In this document: positions 54,566 to 64,000 of the stretch, in pieces
Position numbering within the stretch: position 1 is the stretch's first letter
Layout: each line of letters opens with the position of its first letter
Notes under the pieces: generated by a model
The model's input: the letters and a program-made list of their open reading frames with translations, nothing else
The model's database searches: none
Told to the model about the DNA's origin: nothing
DNA from: Octopus vulgaris
Taxonomy: Eukaryota
Length of the DNA stretch: 64,000 bases
Direction: 5' to 3'
NCBI GenBank assembly: GCA_951406725.2
Contig: OX597834.1
Span: forward strand, 27,280,001 to 27,344,000
Translations under genes and position numbers: made by a program

Positions 54566-55163
<598 letters not shown>

Positions 55164-55529
55164 TTTTTCGCATGAACGAAAGACAAAGAATTTGGCAGGC
55201 TGGGAACAATCTTATAATTCTTTGGACAGGACTTCATTTCCTCGAACCCGGAAGAATATATATAAAAAAAACAAAAAAGAAAACAAAGATGACCTGAGCA
55301 GGATTTGAACTCAGAACGTAAGCAGCCGTCACTAAATACCGTAAAGCATCTTAGTCTAACGCTCCAGTGGTTCTACCAAATAGTAACAATGATATCTTTT
55401 ACTGCCTGCCACGAGAGATGACAGAAGTGTTGCATTACAAAAACGGCGGGGGTTTATAAGATTGATGATCATTAGGGAAATAATTACTGAATGAAAACAA
55501 ACATATAATGAGTAATATATACTTATATA

Positions 55530-56295
55530 CATACAAACATACATACATATATGCACACACATATACATCGTACATGCATACGTACATACATACAAACGTA
55601 CATACATATATGCGCACACAAATACATCACACGCACATACGTACATACATACAAACGTACATACATACATATATGCACATACATATACATCGTACATACA
55701 TACGTACATACATACGTACATACATATAAACGTACATATATATATGCACATACATATACATCGTACATACATACGTACATGCATATAAACGTACATAAAT
55801 ATATGCACATACATATACATCGTACATGCATACGTACATACATACAAACGTACATACATATATGCACACACAAATACATCACACGCACATACGTACATAC
55901 ATACAAACGTACATACATATATGCACATACATATATCGCACACACATACGTACATACATACAAACGTACATACATACATATATGCACACACATATACATC
56001 GTACATACATACGTACATACATACAAACGTACATACATACATATATGCACATACATATACATCGTACATACATACGTACATACATACAAACGTACATACA
56101 TATATGCACACACATATACATCGTACATGCATACGTACATACATATAAACGTACATACATATATGCACACACATATACATCGTACATATATACGTACATA
56201 CATACATAGAAACGTACATACATATATGCACACACATATACATCGTACATACGTACATACATTTATACATACATTTATACGTACATACATACAAA
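55530..56295. repeat. Minisatellite of ~54-60-bp units derived from (TACA)n
   Basis: Unit ATATGCACACACATATACATCGTACATGCATACGTACATACATACAAACGTACATAC repeated roughly a dozen times. Confidence 0.92.
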
Positions 56296-56539
56296 CATAC
56301 TTCTGAATATTCATGCGTATACACACGCATACACACATATATCGTATATAAATGTATACAATTGTGCACTCATGCGTACTTACATGAACAATGCAAAATA
56401 GCATTGCTAGAATGAGTGACAAGGTCCCGTGCGGCAAAACAGGGGTCACTGAATAATTTCCTTCAAAATCAGGGTTTTTATAACTGCCGTAAACCCGATT
56501 CTAAGAAAGTTTCTTCATGGAGAAGAAACTTTTCTTGAA

Positions 56540-56752
56540 GTGTGTTTGTATTTGTCTCCCCACCGCTTGACAACCGATGTTTGATTATTTACGTCCCTGT
56601 AAATTAACAGTTCGGCTACAGAGTCCGATACAATACGTACTAGACTTTAAAAAATACCGGGATCGAATAGTTCGAATGAAACCCTTCAAGGTGGTTCCCT
56701 AGCATGATCGCAGTCTACCTCAAACTGAAAATAGTAAACGATAAAAGATAAA
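56540..56752 (+). mobile_element. Old family C-related 3' half
   Basis: CCGCTTGACAACCGATG...TTTACGTCCCTGT...CAGTTCGG...CAGCATGATCGCAGTC...ACTGAAA. Confidence 0.7.
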
Positions 56753-56768
56753 TGGTAATGAATATATA

Positions 56769-57164
56769 TCTTTATATATAAAAGTCAAGTTGTGTGTCTG
56801 TCTCCTACGATTTAGATTCTTAACTACTCCCACATTTTGCGGTGCAGTTTAACCAAAACCGGGTATCTTATAGTCGTGATTCATATCGAGCCCTTCTGGG
56901 TATTAGCGCGCGTCTACGATGAGTCTACGATTTAAAAAAAAATTTACCATCATTTTTTCCATTTTAATGCATTTTTTCGCTATTATATAAGGGAAGTAAC
57001 TCTCTAAAAATGTCTACGATGAGTCAACGATTTAAAAAAAATTTACCATCATTTTTTTTCCATTTTTAATGCATTTTTTTGCTATTTTTTGGCTATAACT
57101 CTCTAAAAATGCTTATATAGTTATTTCCCTTACAAACTCGAGCAACGCCGGGGGATACTGCTAG
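56769..57164 (+). mobile_element. Non-autonomous Helitron (long variant)
   Basis: A|TC...CTAG|T; near-identical to 41609-41982. Confidence 0.87.
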
Positions 57165-57749
57165 TATATATTAAATTGCTAATTACACCATCTCTGATGA
57201 TGCATAGGTGATTAACTGACGGCAATCAGCCAAAAACCAGTAGAAAACTTCTTAACGACACTTAACGAACGAACGAACGAGCAAAGCGACCAGACATTTT
57301 GTTTTTATTTTGCTGCTTCCGCGTATTCCCTTGACTCTATCGCTAACCATTTCCATTATCAGAATTTGAATCGGGAGCCTGTGGTCATAGTGCAGCTTTC
57401 ATTAGCTGATTACATAGCTATGAACGCCACTTCTATGGATGCGTTGCAGTTACTCACTTGATAAAGTTTGCTGACCTGATTATTGATCTACGATTCCTCC
57501 GCTCAGCATCAATGTATGAAGCACCGTGGGCTCAGTTGAACTCTTCCGCTACCTCTTCACAATCCGCCATGCTGCAGTCCCATTATTTCACTATATCCTG
57601 GCCAGGATAACCGAACGCGTACTATGCTTTGCCAAAGGTAACCCGTAATTATGCAAGGGTTCAGTCGTCACTCCTTGAGGTATTTTCCAAATATCCGCAT
57701 ACACAGACTTATAGCTAATATTCGACCGTACGTCCATTTCAGGAGTATC

Positions 57750-58135
57750 TGGGAAGCACTCCGTCAGTTACGACGATGAGGGTTCCGGTTGATCCGAATC
57801 AACGGAACAGCCTGCTCGTGAAATTAACGTGTAAGTGGCTGAGCACTCCACAGACACGTGTACCCTTAACGTAGTTCTCGGGGATATTCAGCGTGACACA
57901 GAGAGTGACAAGGCCGGCCCTTTGAAATACAGGTACAACAGAAACAGGAAGTAAGAGTGAGAGAAAGTTGTGGTGAAAGAGTACAGCAGGGATCACCACC
58001 ATCCCCAGCCGGAGCCTCGTGGAGCTTTAGGTGTTTTCGCTCAATAAACACTCACAACGCCCGGTCTGGGAATCGAAACCGCGATCCTATGACCGCGAGT
58101 CCGCTGCCCTTACCACTGGGCCATTGCGCCTCCAC
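57750..58135 (-). mobile_element. SINE family A, full length
   Basis: TSD TTCAGGAGTATC at 57738-57749 and 58136-58147. Confidence 0.94.
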
Positions 58136-58194
58136 TTCAGGAGTATCAACACCAGTTAGACTGTGGAGCCATGAAGGTTTGACTTTCTAAACAG

Positions 58195-59072
58195 GCAAAC
58201 TTTTGCCTTTCTTCCTTTTCGAGTCGATAAAATAAGTACTAGTTAAGCATCAGATTCGAAGAAAATTAACTAACTCATTGCTCCAAAAACTGCTGGTTCT
58301 GCACCATAATTTGAAGCAAGAAGGTTGTGATCTAGTATAATGGTTAGCGTGTCGGATAAAATAATTACTGGCATTTCTTCGGCTTCTTACAAGCTGATAT
58401 TTAATTCCGTCGAGATCGGTTTTACCTTTCACCCTTTCGGAGTCGATAAAATAAAAACTAGTTAAGCACTGTGAACGATGTAATCGATTTACACACTCCT
58501 AAAATTCATGGTCTTTTGTCAGAATTCGAAGTAATGTATTATTGTTACCATTTTTAATTTTATACGTCAGTACCGGTATATTTGCATATCAAGGTCTTTG
58601 TACCTTTGACAGCTTCACCCCATTTGCAATATTTTGATCAGAAGAGGTCGAGTTGTCAAACAAAGTAGAGACACGTTGTCATACTATTCCTATGTATTAT
58701 ATCTGGCACGGTTTGTCTTGATCTTCGTGTCAGTCTTGACAAACAATATCCAAGAGGTTTGTAATCATGTCGCAGTGACCCGAGCTTTTATCGGCATTTC
58801 TTATTATGTCCCTACGTCGCAGTGACGGCACATTTTATAACGAACCTCTTCACACACTCGATCGCCAATAATCTTTTGATTGGCAGAATCGTTAGTAACC
58901 AGACAAAATGTTTAGCGGCATTTCCTCCGTCCTCACATTCTGAGTTCAAATTCCGCCGAGGTCGACTTCGCCGTTTATCCTTTCGGGTCGATAAAATAAG
59001 TAACACTGAAGCGCTGGGGCTCGATGTAATCAACAACCTTGACTTCTCAAAAATTTTGGGCCTTGTACCTGT
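58195..59072 (+). mobile_element. Cluster of three old family B-related SINE remnants
   Basis: TTTGCCTTTC..CCTTTCG.GTCGATAAAATAAG domain near 58200, 58420 and 58965. Confidence 0.68.
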
Positions 59073-59087
59073 ATTATTATTACTATT

Positions 59088-59639
59088 GAGTGAGAGAGCA
59101 GTGCATGCCATCAAAGTGACACTGGGGTAAAATATACGAAGCCCAGTATACCCATCATGACTAGCCGTCTGATAAGAGTACACCAGGCCATGCATCACAA
59201 CTATATATGCGCGACATGGTGATCTCATATCAAGATAAACAGCATACGACTTTGCAGGTGGGGCCCAGGTAGAATTTTCTTCTGCTCGGGTAGCCCAAAC
59301 CACTCAGATGTCCTTTAATGAGAGTTGTTTAAGAATGTTGAACGAAATAGTTATGGTTCCAAAGGTGAATTATTCAAATCCCAAAGAATCCCTCTCAACA
59401 CATGGCTATGATGCTCCCCCACAACTTCTCCTCGTGATCAGAGATGCACATATCATCAGCCACCACGGGATATGCTCAACTGGTTAAGGCTAAACAACTG
59501 ATAAGCAAATCTGTGGTATTGAGCAGAATATTTGCTGTAGCCTATCTTTAATACGAACACAAAACAATGAACAAGATAACACTTCCAATCACTTAAGATC
59601 AGAAGCCACGAGAGCCAGTGCCTGGTACTGCATCAGTGC

Positions 59640-59645
<6 letters not shown>
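59088..59645 (+). mobile_element. Putative retroposed element between (ATT)n tracts
   Basis: Complex sequence ending abruptly in a long (ATT)n tail; single copy here, family unassigned. Confidence 0.35.
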
Positions 59646-59962
<317 letters not shown>

Positions 59963-60315
59963 TGTTGCTTTTGCTGCTGTTGCTACAGTATTTAATTGGC
60001 CACTCTGCGATTGTCTCTTTCCACCGTTTCTTCACCTACATGAGACAGTCCCTCCCTCCCTCCCTCCCTCCCTACCAAACCCTATCCTTACCCCTACACA
60101 CTTCCTCTACCACCCTCCGTCACTCCCTAGCTCTCTCTCTCTCTCTCTCTCCCAAATCTCCCCTCCCTCCCTCCTTTCTCTCTCTGTCTCACTCCGTATT
60201 AAAGTCTCATCAGTATCTCTATATATTTCCCATCACGCAGATGAATTTTGCGTTTTTTCTTCACAAATATGGTTTTTTAAAATACTAATTTACAGTTTTT
60301 ATGCCCATCACAAAT

Positions 60316-60355
<40 letters not shown>

Positions 60356-60698
60356 ACACACACACACACATATTAAACCTGAATTACGAAGTTTGTGTGT
60401 TTGTCTGTGTATGTGTGTGTGTGCGTGAGTGTGTGTTCGTGTGTGTGTGTGAGCGCATATGTTTGAGAGAGAGAGAGAGAGAAAATGTAGCAGATGCGCA
60501 CATACACACAAAAATATTTTCATTCGTTATGTATACATATATTTCAATGTATATTACCTGTATGTATACATGCCTCTGTGCTTACATATCTATATGTAAA
60601 AATGTGTATAGATAATATACGCATATGTATGTATATATACATGCATTTGTGCTTACATATCTATATGTAAAAATGTGTATAGATAATATACGCATATG

Positions 60699-60748
<50 letters not shown>

Positions 60749-60838
60749 CGTATGCAATATATATGTGCGTATGCAAGCACACGTTTATATCTGTATATAT
60801 GTGTGTGTGTACTTATGTGTATGTATGTATATCTATAT

Positions 60839-61140
60839 CCCCGTGAACGACTAGGCTATCAGATGTTGCTACACATCGCTGGTCACAATGCGTTTTTCAT
60901 TGTTTTAGCCTTCAAATGACGCCACCCCACTGGCTAAGCGAGCAGGCCAACAGAAGAAAGAGTGAGGGAAAATTGTGGCGAAAGAGTACAGCAGGGATCA
61001 CCACCATCCCCTGCCGGAGCCTCGTGGAGCTTTAGATGTTTTCGCTCAATAAACACTCACAACGCCCGGTCTGGGAATCGAAACCGCAATACTACAACCG
61101 CGAGTCCGCTGTCCTAACCACTGGCCCATTGCGCCTCCAC
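60839..61140 (-). mobile_element. SINE family A' (family A head and core, different 3' tail)
   Basis: Matches family A for ~180 nt to ...CTCACTCTT, then an unrelated tail ...GGCCTGCTCGCTTAGCCAG...TGTGACCAGCGATGTGTAGCAACATCTGATAGCC. Confidence 0.88.
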
Positions 61141-61221
61141 ATGTACATATCTGTATCAAATGTATTTATTTCTTTATTGCATGTATATGTTTAAGTTTAT
61201 ATACGTGTACATTTTTTAGTG

Positions 61222-61408
<187 letters not shown>

Positions 61409-61925
61409 CATACATATATATATATATACATACACGCATACATACAAACATACATACACTAAACACACACACACATATCTGTCTCTCTCTCTTAGACAGT
61501 CTGATAGTCGCTATTCCTGTCTCTGTGCGTCTCTATGGAAGAATGCGAATATTAAAAAATACTGTATCCCCTTACACTAGCACGAAATCTAGTTTTAAGA
61601 ATCTCACCAATTCTGTTTGTACAATAGGAGCGGCAATATCTTATTGAGCAAGAGGGGTGAGGTTTATAAGAGGGAGCAGCAGGGTTTGTAATTTTGATGG
61701 TTTTGGTGGTGGTGATGGTGAAGGTGGTGTTGCCGCTGATAGCAGCGATAGCTGTGTGAGATTGCGGGCGCAATCCAAGAAATGGTTGAAGCCGTGGCAA
61801 CTGCCTACATTTGTGTATGTATGTATGTATGTATGTATGTATGTATGTATGTATGCCATTATTTAGTTTTATTTCAAGATTTCTTGCCAATAGTGAAAGA
61901 GGCGGTTTCTAACCTTGATCTAAAG

Positions 61926-62286
61926 CTTTAGTCGAGCAAATCGACCTCAGGACTTATTCTTTGTAAGCCTAGTGCTTATTCTATCGGTCTCTTTTGCTGA
62001 ACCGCTAAGTTACAGTGACGTAAACACACTGGCATCGGTTGTCAAGCGATGTTGGGGCGACAAACACAGACACATATATACACACACATACGTATATATA
62101 TATACATATATATACATATATACGACGAGCTTTTTTCAGTTTCTGTCTACCAAATCCTCTCAGAAGGCTTTGGTTGGCCCGAGACTATAGTAGAAGACAC
62201 TTGCCGAAGATATCACGCAGTGGGACTGAACCCGAAACCATGTGGTTGGTAAGCAAGCTACTTACCACACAGCCACTCCTACGCCT
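61926..62286 (-). mobile_element. SINE family C, 3'-truncated
   Basis: Full head AGGCGTAGGAGTGGCTGTGTGG; lacks the last ~50 nt. Confidence 0.9.
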
Positions 62287-63009
62287 ATTATATTTAATGA
62301 TTAATCAATGGTATGACCAGCCACTACAAAGTCAGACAGTTAGTCGTTGTAGGAGGTTAGTAGTAGAGTCGTTGTACGAATTCTCAGTTTGAGTCAGTGT
62401 CAGTTATGTGATATATACGAGTTCAAGTCAAGGTAGACGTTTCAAGTAATAGTTTGGCGGAGCTATCGGCGGACAACTTTATGCAACTACGCAATATAGA
62501 GTTATTTATATAGCTGATTCAACCCACCACCCAATTTATTGGAAAGGGTGGAATCGAATGGTTCGGGGAAAATGTCACCTCCGAGCAATATATGAGTCAT
62601 GTGACCACATTGAGTACTTGCTGTTTGAATGAAAAACGGGGTGGCCACGGATGGAGCAACTTGCATCACTTTCGATCGTAGTTGGTTTGAGAGTGAACAA
62701 TAACAGCGACAGCAAGCAGACATTTTGGAACACTGATCCAATGGTGAGAGAAAGAGAGAGAGAGAGAAAGATGACAGAGAAAGAGGATTCGGGAGAAAGA
62801 GAGAGAGAGAGAGAGAGGGGGGGGAGAGGGGGAAAGATAGCTTCCAAATAATGATGTCAAGACTCGTTACACTTAGAGACACACAAACATAAACAGAGAC
62901 ACAAGTGCAGCAGCAAACAGCTCTCGGCGATTTTTGTCGCGGTGAACAATAATGATTCATGCATACATACATACATACATACACATACATACATACATAC
63001 ATACATACA

Positions 63010-63043
<34 letters not shown>

Positions 63044-63071
63044 CATACATACATACATACACGCATACATA

Positions 63072-63113
<42 letters not shown>

Positions 63114-63156
63114 CATACATATCTATGCAAGTATGTATATGTATATATATATATGC

Positions 63157-63221
<65 letters not shown>

Positions 63222-63305
63222 ACATACATATGTATTATATACGTATACTATTTACATTACATATGCATGCATATGTTCATGTATGTATATAAATGTATGT
63301 GTGTG

Positions 63306-63339
<34 letters not shown>

Positions 63340-63367
63340 CACATATATACATATATACATACATACT

Positions 63368-63431
<64 letters not shown>

Positions 63432-63644
63432 CATACATACATATATATATTTATATATACACATGCATACACGAGCATACCTTTGCTTATACTGTATTTG
63501 GTGAGTTCCTCTTCAGTAATATATATATCCTGCAGCCATATTACCGGAACTGAACACTTGACACAGAATAAGAAACACACACACACATACAAAAACAAAA
63601 AATAAAGGAAATTAATAAAACCCACAGCAAACAAGCGATAAGAA

Positions 63645-64000
63645 TAATAAAATATATATATAAGTAATAAAAGTAATACAAAAATATATCCCTTAAAAAG
63701 ACTGGAAATTGTGCGAGCCATAGAGTGTGTCTCTAAGTTAGGGCAGTGAGCGAGCTTCTACGCGGTCGGTTTGTGCGCTAGAGATAGCTGCCAAATCGCT
63801 CTCAAATCGCAAGTCACTGACTTGATAAAGGAAATAGCATAAAACATTGGATAACTTAGCCGATCCAAATGGAGAATGTCGCTCACTGCCCTACCTTAGG
63901 GACACACTCTATGGTCCGCACAATTTCCAGTCTTTTTTAAGGGATATATTTTTGTATTACTTTTATTACTTATATATATATATATATATTATATTATATT
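63645..64000. repeat. Long inverted repeat (foldback), arms ~110 bp, spacer ~125 bp
   Basis: 63645-63753 is the reverse complement of 63879-~63995 (ATCCCTTAAAAAGACTGGAAATTGTGCG...TAGGGCAGTGAGCGA); runs to the window edge. Confidence 0.9.

Noticed and set aside
55356-56449. 337-aa and 308-aa Cys/Met/Tyr-rich ORFs; CRISPR-like periodicity
   Set aside because: Minisatellite translation; units are contiguous with no unique spacers and no cas genes.

Overview
Eukaryotic, AT-rich intergenic or intronic DNA dominated by microsatellites and retroelements. The tRNA-derived SINE families and microsatellite density resemble an octopus (coleoid cephalopod) genome; this is inference from recalled families, not a search. 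I find no credible intact host gene, and nearly all listed ORFs are translations of simple repeats or SINEs. The window holds four tRNA-derived SINE families (A-D, many copies, several with target-site duplications, TSDs), decayed Penelope-like, RTE and L1/Tx1 LINE fragments, inverted mariner fragments, a TA-flanked MITE and four non-autonomous Helitrons. The most interesting signal is a set of short non-coding elements carrying minimal type I hammerhead ribozyme (HHR) motifs from several unrelated families. One 221-bp TSD-flanked element at 9373-9593 has a fully canonical core. A second, at 1387-2297, reconstructs to a terminally redundant, hairpin-rich ~354-nt monomer (retrozyme or circular-RNA-like). 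It sits fused to a SINE inside one TSD and was later interrupted by a LINE fragment.
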